From NCBI GenBank assembly GCA_944359065.1, contig CALVSP010000003.1, forward strand, positions 1-61,151: a DNA stretch of 61,151 bases. The letters are read 5' to 3'. Below are positions 39,802 to 52,131 of the stretch, piece by piece (position 1 is the first letter of the stretch; every line of letters starts with the position of its first letter). This stretch comes from an uncultured Bacilli bacterium. GTDB lineage: Bacteria; Bacillota_I; Bacilli_A; RF39; UBA660. The position numbers were made by a program, and so were the translations under genes. Under the pieces are notes generated by a model. The model saw only the letters and a program-made list of their open reading frames with translations, ran no database searches and was not told the DNA's origin.

Positions 39802-40258
39802 AAGTACCTCCATAAACTAAATTATCTTCATCTTTATCTTCGTGTAAAATGGTATATAATAAAACACATATAGTTATTAACAATACAACGATTGCAATAT
39901 AAATAAAATTTTGATATACCTTTTCTCTTTTATGTTCTACTGTATATGGTGATTTTATTTTATTATCTTCTTTAATTTTACTTTCTTTTTTTATATCATC
40001 TAAAGATAATTTTGAAGTATAATCAAATAAATATTCATTAAAATCATCGACTAATTCTTCTTTATTTAATCCTAAGTATTTAGCGTAATCTCTAATAAAA
40101 TATTTTAAATTAAATACATCTTGAAATTTTTCAACATTTCCATTTTCGATATCTATAATTTGAGAAGCATCTATTTTTAAATCTTCGGCCGCCTCTTCAA
40201 CGGATACACCGATACTTTCACGAGCCTCTTTTAATTTTTCTCCTATTTCTTTCATCAT
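39785..40258 (-). CDS. RodZ/YmfM-like HTH membrane protein (short)
   Basis: IGEKLKEARE...IRDYAKYLGL HTH plus TM; upstream of pgsA as in Bacillus. Confidence 0.82.
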   Translation of the reverse strand: MMKEIGEKLKEARESIGVSVEEAAEDLKIDASQIIDIENGNVEKFQDVFNLKYFIRDYAKYLGLNKEELVDDFNEYLFDYTSKLSLDDIKKESKIKEDNKIKSPYTVEHKREKVYQNFIYIAIVVLLITICVLLYTILHEDKDEDNLVYGGTYELTK

Positions 40259-40278
40259 TCACCTCATAAAATAAAAAA

Positions 40279-40618
40279 AATAATACTTATAAGCCATGTT
40301 CTGTACTCTTTATAAGAGCGACAAACATCTATCTACCATTACTGGTTCTAAAGTAAGTTTGATTCCCTACTTTAAACTCCCCTACCATAATTTGGGTTTC
40401 TTGCTTGTGGGGTTTACCGCGTTTCATTCTTCTATTACTAGAAGCATCGTTTCTGTGGCACTTTATGTCTAATTTAATCCTTATAGGACTATTTCGACGC
40501 CGTTAGGAAAACCTACCATAGGTTATTTTTTCCCTATGCACAATCACTACTACCATCTCAGGATAGTGCAAGCATGGACTTTCCTCTACATTAAATGCAG
40601 CGTTTGTCAAGTATTATT
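40279..40618 (-). ncRNA. rnpB: RNase P RNA, bacterial type B
   Basis: GAGGAAAGTCCATGC, AGTGCCACAG, GGTAAACCCC, ACAGAACATGGCTTA; P1 ends AATAATACTT/AAGTATTATT; downstream of gpsB. Confidence 0.95.
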
Positions 40619-40943
40619 CTTTTCCATATATAATTTTTTCTAAATTAGATAATCGTCTTAAAACATCGACACTGTTAGTTCCCGAATCACTATCAGCATT
40701 TTCTTTTAATATATCTAATTTCATCTTTAAACTTCTAATTTCTTGTTTCAATTTCGTATTGTCGTTTGTTAAATCTCTTACTTCATTAGCCAACTCTTTA
40801 TTAATTGCGATAAATTCTTCATAATCACGCATAACTACATCTAAAAATTTATCAACTTCTTGAGGACGATACCCCCTTGTATCTAACTTAAATTCTTTTT
40901 CAAAAATATCTTTAACCGTCAACATTATTCGATCTTGATACAT
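40614..40943 (-). CDS. gpsB: Cell-cycle protein GpsB
   Basis: DIFEKEFK..RGYRPQEVDKFLD, DVLRRLSNLEK. Confidence 0.93.
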   Translation of the reverse strand: MYQDRIMLTVKDIFEKEFKLDTRGYRPQEVDKFLDVVMRDYEEFIAINKELANEVRDLTNDNTKLKQEIRSLKMKLDILKENADSDSGTNSVDVLRRLSNLEKIIYGKE

Positions 40944-40996
40944 CTAATATCACCCAAGTTAATTATATAACAAAAAAGGACATTTTGTCAACCAAA

Positions 40997-41086
40997 TTAT
41001 CTTCTTATATTTTTAAAATAAGTAGCTAATTTGATATACTTAATGTCCTCGATCATTCCGTTAAAAATTTCTTCTATGTGGTCCAT
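40997..41086 (-). CDS. Putative 29-aa small protein
   Basis: AGGTGA SD; MDHIEEIFNGMIEDIKYIKLATYFKNIRR; fills the gpsB-recU gap. Confidence 0.45.
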   Translation of the reverse strand: MDHIEEIFNGMIEDIKYIKLATYFKNIRR

Positions 41087-41134
41087 TTTCTCACCTATTT
41101 TTATTAAAACACATTAGTGTAAACATTGCATTAA

Positions 41135-41144
41135 ATTCGACAAA
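41135..41144 (-). promoter_or_regulatory. Spo0A box candidate
   Basis: TTTGTCGAAT (0A-box core TGTCGAA) in the divergent gpsB/recU intergenic region. Confidence 0.45.
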
Positions 41145-41204
41145 AGATGTCAAAATAAGTTTAATTTATTTAATATATATAGTATAATATTAGTGGTGAG
41201 ATAG

Positions 41205-41777
41205 ATGAATTATCCTAACGGTATTAAAAAAAATTATAAAATAAGCACTAGTAATCGTGGGATGACTTTAGAACAGGATATCAATGAAACTAACCTTTAT
41301 TATCGTAATAATGATATCGCTGTTATCTATAAAAAACCAACGCCTATTACTATCAATAAAGTCGATTATAAAAGTAGAACTGATGCCGTTATAACTGAGG
41401 CTCATTTTATTATTCCATCAACTACGGATTATAACGGAATATATAAAGGTAAATACATTGATTTTGAAGCTAAAGAAACAAGAAAAAAATATTTTCCTTT
41501 AGCAAATATTCACAAACACCAAATAGAACATTTACAAAAAATTAAAAAATGTGGTGGAATCGGTTTTATTATAGTTAGATTTGTTTTAGAAAATGAAACA
41601 TATTTGTTAGAAATTGACAAATTGAGTAATTTTTTAGATAATAGTAATAGGAAGTCTATTCCTAAAGAATATTTTGAACAAAATGGATATTTAATTAAAC
41701 AAGGATATCGACCTTGTTTAGATTATTTAAAAATAATTGAGGAGAGGTATAATGAAAAAGATATGGAAGAAAAATAA
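41205..41777 (+). CDS. recU: Holliday junction resolvase RecU
   Basis: NRGMTLE, KKPTP, STTDYNG, DFEAKET. Confidence 0.96.
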   Translation: MNYPNGIKKNYKISTSNRGMTLEQDINETNLYYRNNDIAVIYKKPTPITINKVDYKSRTDAVITEAHFIIPSTTDYNGIYKGKYIDFEAKETRKKYFPLANIHKHQIEHLQKIKKCGGIGFIIVRFVLENETYLLEIDKLSNFLDNSNRKSIPKEYFEQNGYLIKQGYRPCLDYLKIIEERYNEKDMEEK

Positions 41778-44571
41778 AAAAACTATTATTCTAGCGTTTA
41801 TTAGTCTTATTATTTTAATAGTTGGTACAATTTTTATAAGTTTTATCCCAACTATTTTACTTATTTTATTTGGCGGCTTAATTTATTATTTTGTTACTAA
41901 ACCTAAAAAGAAAAGAAAAAAAGGTGAATTATTTAAATCATTTTTAATATTTTGCTTTTCCTTTGCAATATTCTGTTTAATTTTATGTATTTGTTTTGGT
42001 GGTTACATTATTGCTACTGCACCAGATTTTACCGAAGAAAAATTATACAATAAAGATGCTACTATTCTTTATTTATCTAATGGTGAGGAATTTGCTAAAA
42101 TTGGCGATGAACTAAGACAAAAAGTTACTTATGATGAATTATCGCAAGCTTTAATTGATGCTATTATCGCCACTGAAGATTCAAGATTTTTCCAACACAG
42201 TGGTGTTGATTTACCAAGATTTTTAAAAGCATCAGTTTCTCAACTTTTAGGTAAAGGTGGCGGTGGTGCTTCTACTATTACAATGCAAGTTTCTAAAAAC
42301 ACTCAAACATCAACTGTCGATAGTGGTATCAAAGGTATTATCCGTAAATTTACTGATATTTATATGTCAGTCTTTAAAATTGAAACAAATTATACGAAAG
42401 AACAAATTATCGAGTTTTATGTTAATTCCAATAATTTAGGTGGTAACAATCGTGGTGTGGAACAAGCTAGTCTAGATTATTTTGGTAAAAGTGCTAGTGA
42501 ATTAAATGTTGCTGAAGCGGCGATGATTGCTGGATTATTCCAAGCACCTAATGCTTACTACCCTTACCTCCATCCAGAAGAATGTGAACAAAGAAGACAA
42601 ACTGTATTAAGTTTAATGTTAAGACATGGTTATATTAATGAAGAAGAATATAATATTGCTAAAGAATTAACTGTCGATAAATTATTAGTTAAAAAGGAAG
42701 GAGAAACTTCGACTAATGCTTATCAAGATTTTATTGATACGGTAGTTGAAGAAGTTATCGAAAGAACAGGTAACGATCCTTATATAGTATCTATGAAGAT
42801 TTATACTACTATGGATAAAGATATGCAAGAAAATATGAATAATGTTATGAATGGTACTTCTTATAAATGGAAAAATGATGCAGTTCAAGGTGGTTCAGTT
42901 GTAATAGATGTTAAAAATGGAGAAATAAAAGCAGTTGGTGGTGGTAGAAATCGTGTTGTTAGAGGTGACAACTATGGTGTTAATTTAAATAGACAAATTG
43001 GTTCTTCTGCTAAACCATTATATGATTATGGTCCTGGTATAGAATATAATAATTGGTCAACTTATACCCCATTTACCGATGAACCAATAAGTTATACTAA
43101 TGGCATTAGCATTGGAAACTGGGATAATAAATATAGTGGTTTCCAAACATTACATACCGCATTAAAATATTCAAGAAATACTTCAGCTTTAAAAGCATTT
43201 AAACAAGTCGATAATAAAAAGATTCAAGAATTTGTTACAAACTTAGGACTATCTCCGGAAATCGAGAATGGCTTGATTCACGAATCCCATGCCTTAGGTG
43301 GTTATACAGGTGAATCTCCACTTACAGTTGCTGCTGCTTATGCGGCTTTCTCAAATGGCGGTTATTATATTGAGCCACATAGTTTTACTAAAATAGAATA
43401 TTCAGAAACTGGTGAAACTTATGAAGTAAAACCAACTACAAGAAGAGCAATGAGTGAAGAAACTGCTTATATGATTACTAAAGTATTAGAAGATACTTCA
43501 AGTTATGCTGTTGGATTAAGTGTTAACGGGGTTAATTATGCTGCTAAAACTGGTACTACTAATTTAGATAATGATACTATTAAAGAATATGGATTACCTA
43601 GTAATGCGATTAGAGATAAATGGATTGCAAGTTTTAATGATTCATATGCTATCGGTGTATGGTATGGTTATTTATATTTAGATAAAAAAAATTGTTTAAC
43701 AACTTCTGATTATTCTGTAAAATATGTTTTCCAAGCTATTGCTAAAGGTGTTTATAAAGAAAGATCTACTTGGACTCAACCAGATGGTGTCGTTAAAGTT
43801 GAAGTTGAAACTGAACTTCCTACAGCAATGTTAGCAAGTGAATATACTCCTAAAGATAAAAAAGTTACTGCTTATTTTAAAAAAGGTTTTGAGCCAACTG
43901 AAACTTCAACAAGATATAGTCAATTAGAAAATGTTACTAATTTAAATTATTCGAATAATACATTAACTTGGGATGCTATTCAAACACCAGACTTTATTAA
44001 TGAAGATTATTTAGATCAATTATTTTCTAAATTATATTCTGATGAAGATATGAAAAATAAAGAATTAAAATCAAGATTAAGTTATAATAAGAAAAATATT
44101 GGTACAATTGTATATGATGTTTATACTAAAGATAGTAGTGGTAATTTAAAATTAATCACGACAACAAGTAATACAAGTTTTGTCTACCCTACTACTGAAA
44201 CAACAACATTTGTTGTAAAAACAAGTTATAGTATATTCAAAAGTAATGCTAGTAGTGGTGCAGAATTTACTGTGGAAAATAGTGGTGGCTCTATTGTAAG
44301 TAGCCAATTAAATAGTGATTCAACAATTAACTTATCAATTGGTGAAAAATATGTAGAGCCTGATAAACCAGTTATCGTTTTACTAAATGGTATTACTGAT
44401 ATTACTGATTTAGCCACTATTACTTGTACAGTTATGAGAAACTCTGATAATCAAGTATTTAGTAATACATCTTATATCAATACTAATAAAGCCGATTCTT
44501 ATACAATAACATATCATATAAAATATGGAAGTTATAGCGATACTCAAATAAAGTATGTTCAAATAAATTAA
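41752..44571 (+). CDS. ponA: Class A penicillin-binding protein 1A
   Basis: EDSRF, GASTITMQ transglycosylase; GSSAKP, SRN, KTGTT transpeptidase; likely start 41752. Confidence 0.94.
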   Translation: MKKIWKKNKKTIILAFISLIILIVGTIFISFIPTILLILFGGLIYYFVTKPKKKRKKGELFKSFLIFCFSFAIFCLILCICFGGYIIATAPDFTEEKLYNKDATILYLSNGEEFAKIGDELRQKVTYDELSQALIDAIIATEDSRFFQHSGVDLPRFLKASVSQLLGKGGGGASTITMQVSKNTQTSTVDSGIKGIIRKFTDIYMSVFKIETNYTKEQIIEFYVNSNNLGGNNRGVEQASLDYFGKSASELNVAEAAMIAGLFQAPNAYYPYLHPEECEQRRQTVLSLMLRHGYINEEEYNIAKELTVDKLLVKKEGETSTNAYQDFIDTVVEEVIERTGNDPYIVSMKIYTTMDKDMQENMNNVMNGTSYKWKNDAVQGGSVVIDVKNGEIKAVGGGRNRVVRGDNYGVNLNRQIGSSAKPLYDYGPGIEYNNWSTYTPFTDEPISYTNGISIGNWDNKYSGFQTLHTALKYSRNTSALKAFKQVDNKKIQEFVTNLGLSPEIENGLIHESHALGGYTGESPLTVAAAYAAFSNGGYYIEPHSFTKIEYSETGETYEVKPTTRRAMSEETAYMITKVLEDTSSYAVGLSVNGVNYAAKTGTTNLDNDTIKEYGLPSNAIRDKWIASFNDSYAIGVWYGYLYLDKKNCLTTSDYSVKYVFQAIAKGVYKERSTWTQPDGVVKVEVETELPTAMLASEYTPKDKKVTAYFKKGFEPTETSTRYSQLENVTNLNYSNNTLTWDAIQTPDFINEDYLDQLFSKLYSDEDMKNKELKSRLSYNKKNIGTIVYDVYTKDSSGNLKLITTTSNTSFVYPTTETTTFVVKTSYSIFKSNASSGAEFTVENSGGSIVSSQLNSDSTINLSIGEKYVEPDKPVIVLLNGITDITDLATITCTVMRNSDNQVFSNTSYINTNKADSYTITYHIKYGSYSDTQIKYVQIN

Positions 44572-44580
44572 AAGAAGGTC

Positions 44581-45180
44581 TTATCCTTCTTTTTTGCATA
44601 TATTTTTTAATTTACAATTTGTACATTCTGGTTTTATGGCTTTACAATAATATCTACCAAACAAAACTAATTGATGATGAATGCGACACAAATCATAATT
44701 TTTAAACTTTTTAGTTAATTTCTTTTCTACTTCATATACTGTATCATTTTTTTTAGCTAAGTTTAACCTTTTGCTTACTCTTTCAACGTGAGTATCCACA
44801 GCAATACAAGGGATGTGGTAAATATTACTTAAAACAACATTAGCAGTTTTTCTTCCAACACCAGGTAAACTTTCTAAAAATTTTCGATCATTTGGTACAT
44901 AACCATCTAACCTTTTAGCTATTTCAATTACATTACTAGCCTTTTTGTTATAAGTTCCAATTGGTCTTATAATTTCAATTATATCTTCTATTTTAGCTTG
45001 TTTTAATTTATCCAAACTATCATATTTTTTAAATAATACATCAGTAACCATATTAACTCTTTTATCAGTAGTTTGGGCACTTAACATCGTTGCTATCAAT
45101 AATTCATAATCTTTATTATAATTTAATTCACATTTGGGATTAGGTATTAATTCATCTAAATAATCAACTATCTCTTTCAT
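44581..45180 (-). CDS. nth: Endonuclease III
   Basis: LSAQTTD, LPGVGRKTA, VDTHV, C-x6-C-x2-C-x5-C. Confidence 0.97.
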   Translation of the reverse strand: MKEIVDYLDELIPNPKCELNYNKDYELLIATMLSAQTTDKRVNMVTDVLFKKYDSLDKLKQAKIEDIIEIIRPIGTYNKKASNVIEIAKRLDGYVPNDRKFLESLPGVGRKTANVVLSNIYHIPCIAVDTHVERVSKRLNLAKKNDTVYEVEKKLTKKFKNYDLCRIHHQLVLFGRYYCKAIKPECTNCKLKNICKKEG

Positions 45181-45793
45181 TTAACCAATCATAATCAAAT
45201 AATTTTTTATTTGATTTTTTACTTTCAAATTTTTTACGATCATTAATTACATCTTGTTCTGTTTTAATACCTTTTTTACTCCAATCTCTTATTATTTTAT
45301 CAATATATCTTAAATTATTTACATTGTTAAATACTGCTTCTTTTAAAGCTAATAAAATTAAACTATCTTCAAAATCTTTTTGCCAATCACTAATTATTTC
45401 ATAATCCATTGGTGATAAAGTTCGCCCAAATTCTTTTTCGAATACATCAAATATATTACTAGATTTAGTTTCTTTACCATTAATTATTAAGAAGGCTAAT
45501 TTATTGTATAGTTCATCTAAATTAAATACTTCCTCTCTTACTTTTTTATTGATAACATCTATTTTTATAATTCCTTTGTCAGTTAAAGATGTTATTAAAC
45601 TCATTGTTTCATTTAGTTTAAAATTTAAATCTTTACTAATTTTTTTAGGATTAAATGTTTTATCGGAATTAATAAGATATATTAAAATTATTAATTCTGA
45701 ATCTGTTATATTTAAATTACGATAGTTTTTAAATAATATAGTTGGTATATTAATTGAATTATCTTTTAATATATCAATTACTTTTCCTAACAT
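45164..45793 (-). CDS. dnaD: DNA replication protein DnaD
   Basis: FEKEFGRTLSP, LKEAV, YIDKII..W, YDWL; upstream of nth. Confidence 0.93.
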   Translation of the reverse strand: MLGKVIDILKDNSINIPTILFKNYRNLNITDSELIILIYLINSDKTFNPKKISKDLNFKLNETMSLITSLTDKGIIKIDVINKKVREEVFNLDELYNKLAFLIINGKETKSSNIFDVFEKEFGRTLSPMDYEIISDWQKDFEDSLILLALKEAVFNNVNNLRYIDKIIRDWSKKGIKTEQDVINDRKKFESKKSNKKLFDYDWLNERDS

Positions 45794-45805
45794 ATAATCC
45801 CTCCT

Positions 45806-46747
45806 TTAATAATTTTTACACAATAAATCTAATTCTTCTAACATTTTATCTACTTCATTAAATGTTTTTGGTCTTGCTCCACAAGCATATATATGACCTC
45901 CTCCATTATAATGTGAAGTTACTTCATTTATAATTGGACCTTTAGACCTAATTGAACATTTAATATAATCATTACCTTTATCTTCACTACAAAAAGCAAT
46001 TACTTTTACTTCTTGGATATTGTTAAAATTTTCTATCAAATTACCTGCAGTTGAACAATCGACGTTATATTCTTTTAAAATATCATCCGTTATTTTTAAA
46101 TAACCTAACCCATTTTCAGTTACAATTAAATTGCTAGCAAGATATCCTGAAAATTTTATTTCTCTTAATGGTCGATTATATAAATTACCATACAAACTAG
46201 TAAAATTTAAATTTGTCTTTTTAATTAACCACGCTACTAATTCAAATGTTTTAGTTGAAGTGTAACTATATAAAAATCGATTAGTATCAGCAATAAGGCC
46301 AATATATAATTTAGCAGCTATAGATTCGTTTATTTTCATATTAGTATTTTTTATTAATTCGATTATCAATTGACTAGCACTACTTGCTTTATCATCGATT
46401 AATTCAATATCGCCATATTTTTCAATAAAAGGATGATGATCTATTTTAATAACATAATCAAAATTACTTGGATTTACACCATCGATTCTTTTAACATCGG
46501 GAGTGTCAGTCACAATTAATAAACTATTACTATAATCGACATCTTCTAATCGATCTAAATTGCCAATATAACGAAATCTGCTAGCAGAAGTTCCAATAAC
46601 ATAAACTTTTTTATTTGGAAAATTATATAAAATTGCTTCTTTTAAACCAATTGAACTACCTAAAGCATCAGGATCTGGTCCAATATGTCTTGCTATAATA
46701 ATCGTATCATATTTTTTTATCTGCTTATATATCTTTTTAAAACACAT
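45806..46747 (-). CDS. nrnA: DHH-family oligoribonuclease/pAp phosphatase
   Basis: HIGPDPDALGS, IDHH, DTNRF, GGGH. Confidence 0.92.
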   Translation of the reverse strand: MCFKKIYKQIKKYDTIIIARHIGPDPDALGSSIGLKEAILYNFPNKKVYVIGTSASRFRYIGNLDRLEDVDYSNSLLIVTDTPDVKRIDGVNPSNFDYVIKIDHHPFIEKYGDIELIDDKASSASQLIIELIKNTNMKINESIAAKLYIGLIADTNRFLYSYTSTKTFELVAWLIKKTNLNFTSLYGNLYNRPLREIKFSGYLASNLIVTENGLGYLKITDDILKEYNVDCSTAGNLIENFNNIQEVKVIAFCSEDKGNDYIKCSIRSKGPIINEVTSHYNGGGHIYACGARPKTFNEVDKMLEELDLLCKNY

Positions 46748-46814
46748 ACTATCACACTTTCCACTGCAATAATTATACTATATTTATTTTATAATGTCCA
46801 TAAAAAAAGAAGGT

Positions 46815-47996
46815 TTAACCTTCAATAAAATGATATGTATCTCTTGCTATCATAACTTCTTCATCAGTTGGAATTACATAGCATGGAACACTAGAGTCTT
46901 TCTTAGTAATTAAAGTAAATTCACCTCTAACATCATTAGCTTTTTCATCAACTTTAATGCCTAAACATTTTAATCCATCTAAGATTTCTTCTCTAGTTGA
47001 AATAGAATTTTCACCAATACCACCTGCAAAACAAATAGCATCAACATGACCTAATTCAACATAATATTTAGCAATATATTCAATTGCTCTTCTAACAAAT
47101 AAGTTTTGGGCTAAAATACATCTTTCATTATTATTTTTTATACCATCTTCGATATCTCTTGAATCACTACTTATTCCACTAATACCTAAATAACCACTTT
47201 TTTTAGATAAATCATTCATAACATCTTCTAATGATTTATCGGTTTTATTCATTATATATGGAATAATTGCACTATCAATATCACCACATCTAGTTCCCAT
47301 TACTAACCCAGCATTAGGTGAAAAGCCTAAACTAGTGTCAAAACATAGACCTTCTTTAACAGCAGTAATACTACCACCATTACCTAAATGACAAGTTATT
47401 AAATTTGGTTTATCATTTTTTAATACATTCTTTAATGTTTGCGTTAAATAATCATGACTTATTCCATGGAAGCCATATCTTCTTACACCATATTTAGTAA
47501 ACCATTCATAAGGAACAGCATATAAATATGATTCTTTTGGCATTGTTTGATGAAAAGCAGTATCAAATACAGCAACACTAGTAGCATCTGGCACTTCTTC
47601 TTTAAATGCCAAAATTCCCATTAAATTTGCTGGATTATGTAATGGAGCTAAAGAAGATAATTCGTCGATTGTTTTAATAACATCTTCATCAATTATAGTT
47701 GATTTAGCATATCTATCGCCACCATGAACTACACGATGTCCAACACCTTTAATTTCATCTAAAGATTTTATAACTTTATTATTTAATAATTCCTCAATTA
47801 AAATTCTAACTGCATCTTTATGATTACTTAAATTTGCTTCTTTTTTTATTTTTTCACCATTTATTTTAATAGTATATAAACTATTATCTAATCCGATTCT
47901 TTCAAAAACTCCTGATATTAAAACTTTTTCTTCTGGCATTTCATACATTTGAAATTTTAATGATGAACTTCCAGCATTTACTGATAATATTTTCAT
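46815..47996 (-). CDS. ackA: Acetate kinase
   Basis: NAGSSSLK, GHRVVHGG, APLHNP, FDTAFH. Confidence 0.98.
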   Translation of the reverse strand: MKILSVNAGSSSLKFQMYEMPEEKVLISGVFERIGLDNSLYTIKINGEKIKKEANLSNHKDAVRILIEELLNNKVIKSLDEIKGVGHRVVHGGDRYAKSTIIDEDVIKTIDELSSLAPLHNPANLMGILAFKEEVPDATSVAVFDTAFHQTMPKESYLYAVPYEWFTKYGVRRYGFHGISHDYLTQTLKNVLKNDKPNLITCHLGNGGSITAVKEGLCFDTSLGFSPNAGLVMGTRCGDIDSAIIPYIMNKTDKSLEDVMNDLSKKSGYLGISGISSDSRDIEDGIKNNNERCILAQNLFVRRAIEYIAKYYVELGHVDAICFAGGIGENSISTREEILDGLKCLGIKVDEKANDVRGEFTLITKKDSSVPCYVIPTDEEVMIARDTYHFIEG

Positions 47997-48005
47997 AAAT
48001 TCCTC

Positions 48006-48539
48006 CTATATATCATATTCAAAAACTTCACAGTTTTTTATTGTAATTTCACTTAATATACCATTCTCTGGTATGCCATTAAAATAATAGTATAGTACGC
48101 GCATTACACCACTATGTGTTACTATTATAATTGATTTATCTTTAAATTCACCTTTTAAATCATCCATTAATTTAGCAATTCTATCATACAAATCTTTAAC
48201 CGATTCGGCTTCTTTATATTGTATATTTTTGTTATAATTCCAATATTCATCAAAATTAATTGAATCTCTTGGCTTACCGGTAAATTCGCCATGATTTCTT
48301 CCTAATAAACTATCTGAATAATAAATTGGAATAATATCATCACTAATGATTTTAGCGGTTTGTCGACATCTATCAAGTGGTGAACTAACTATTAAATCAA
48401 TCGTTTTATCTTTAAAATATTCTTTTACTTTTTTTGCTTGTTCGATTCCTTTTTCAGTTAAAGAACTATTTATTCTTCCTACTAAACAATTATTAGCATT
48501 TTCAATAGTTTCTCCATGTCTAACTACATATAATTTCAT
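48006..48539 (-). CDS. Histidine phosphatase family protein
   Basis: VRHGET, SSPLDRC, VTHSG. Confidence 0.93.
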   Translation of the reverse strand: MKLYVVRHGETIENANNCLVGRINSSLTEKGIEQAKKVKEYFKDKTIDLIVSSPLDRCRQTAKIISDDIIPIYYSDSLLGRNHGEFTGKPRDSINFDEYWNYNKNIQYKEAESVKDLYDRIAKLMDDLKGEFKDKSIIIVTHSGVMRVLYYYFNGIPENGILSEITIKNCEVFEYDI

Positions 48540-50084
48540 CTACTCATCCCAATCTATCACACTACAAAATGGATTATCTGATTCATAGCCTGAATCTGGC
48601 CTCATAAATATGTCTAATAAAAATGCTACAATAATTGGAATAATAAATAACAACGCTGCCGCTCCTATTCTTATCATAAATCTTTTAAAAGCATTTTTCA
48701 TTTCTTTATCAGCGTCACCATTAGCAATTACCCTTATAAAATCAACTGTTCCTAAACCTAAAGCAATTAATGGTCCGGCTATTTTAATAATATCCAAAAA
48801 ATAATTTAATTTTTCGGCTAATTCTTCTGTTATCATGCCGCAGCCATCTTCTACTAAGTTTGATATTGTACCTTGATCAACTAATGTATTATAAAAATCA
48901 TCAAAATCTATACATTCATCCATTCTCTTATTCATTTGAGCATCATTTTTATTTTCTGAAAAAGCACTATATATTTCATTACAATAACTTCTAATATTTT
49001 TTAATCCTTTTTCAGTTAAGTACCTTGCATTTGTAGTACAAGCACTAACATCTTCTTTACATAATTCATAACTAGCTGTAATACTATTTAATGTGGTAGT
49101 TGAACCATCAACTGTTAAACTAATATTTAAAGCCGAATTATCCAACGCGCTTAAAGGTGACTTCAATTCACCTAATAATTTTTGATATAAACTTCCATCT
49201 ATAAATTGTTGACTTTCTTGTATTTGTTGATAATCATCAGTTGTCATTTCTGCATCAAGACCACTATTTGGATTTTCTAGTGTTACCTTAAAAACACCAG
49301 ATGAACTATTACTACTATCAATCCAAAAATTAGGACAATTAGCAGCATTTGAAGTCATCCCATTAAAAATCTTTCTCAAATCTGAATTATTAAATGAAAA
49401 TCTCTTTGAAACAAAAGCAGTTTCAGTGGATATAATTAAATCTTGTCCACTTTTATAATCTTGACAATAAGGAGATTCCTGAAAATAAGTTATACAAACA
49501 GAATTCCTATTAGTATATTTTTTAAAAACTATTGTCATATCCTTAGGTAATCCATATTTTCCTTCAGAAATGCCTATTCCACACTCGTTTATTAAAGTTT
49601 CTTCATTTAAATTAGATGGCTTTTTTTGATCAAGTAAATTTAGTTCTATACTTGTAGAACCCATCCCAGATTCTCTTGAATTATAATATATCTCCAAATA
49701 AAAATTGTCTGCCGTATATAATCCATAAATTTTAGGACAAGAGAATTCATCACCTTTTACTATTTTGCTATATAATTCATCAGAATCAAATCCCAATTTA
49801 TAATTTATAAGATTACTATTTTTATCATAAATTTGGAACGACTTATCTTTTGTAGATAAAATTGTCAGTTTACTCCCCCACTTAACTTCAACTTTATTTT
49901 TTTTTGATGTATCAATTGTAAATCTTATAGTTGCATCATCTTCATTATCAATAGTAAATATTCCATTATTTTTACTAAATCTAGTCAACGAATATTCACA
50001 ATAACCAGTTGCTGCTTTAACACTATTAACATTAACTATAAAAAACAAACTAATAAAAAATACAAAATATAATATTTTTTTCAT
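48540..50084 (-). CDS. Cys-rich exported protein with C-terminal two-TM TrbC/VirB2-pilin-like hairpin
   Basis: Signal peptide (VKA), many Cys, C-terminal CG...IIKIAGPLIALGLGTVDF...KRFMIRIGAAALLFIIP...C. Confidence 0.6.
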   Translation of the reverse strand: MKKILYFVFFISLFFIVNVNSVKAATGYCEYSLTRFSKNNGIFTIDNEDDATIRFTIDTSKKNKVEVKWGSKLTILSTKDKSFQIYDKNSNLINYKLGFDSDELYSKIVKGDEFSCPKIYGLYTADNFYLEIYYNSRESGMGSTSIELNLLDQKKPSNLNEETLINECGIGISEGKYGLPKDMTIVFKKYTNRNSVCITYFQESPYCQDYKSGQDLIISTETAFVSKRFSFNNSDLRKIFNGMTSNAANCPNFWIDSSNSSSGVFKVTLENPNSGLDAEMTTDDYQQIQESQQFIDGSLYQKLLGELKSPLSALDNSALNISLTVDGSTTTLNSITASYELCKEDVSACTTNARYLTEKGLKNIRSYCNEIYSAFSENKNDAQMNKRMDECIDFDDFYNTLVDQGTISNLVEDGCGMITEELAEKLNYFLDIIKIAGPLIALGLGTVDFIRVIANGDADKEMKNAFKRFMIRIGAAALLFIIPIIVAFLLDIFMRPDSGYESDNPFCSVIDWDE

Positions 50085-50092
50085 ATAACCAC

Positions 50093-52114
<2,022 letters not shown>

Positions 52115-52131
<17 letters not shown>

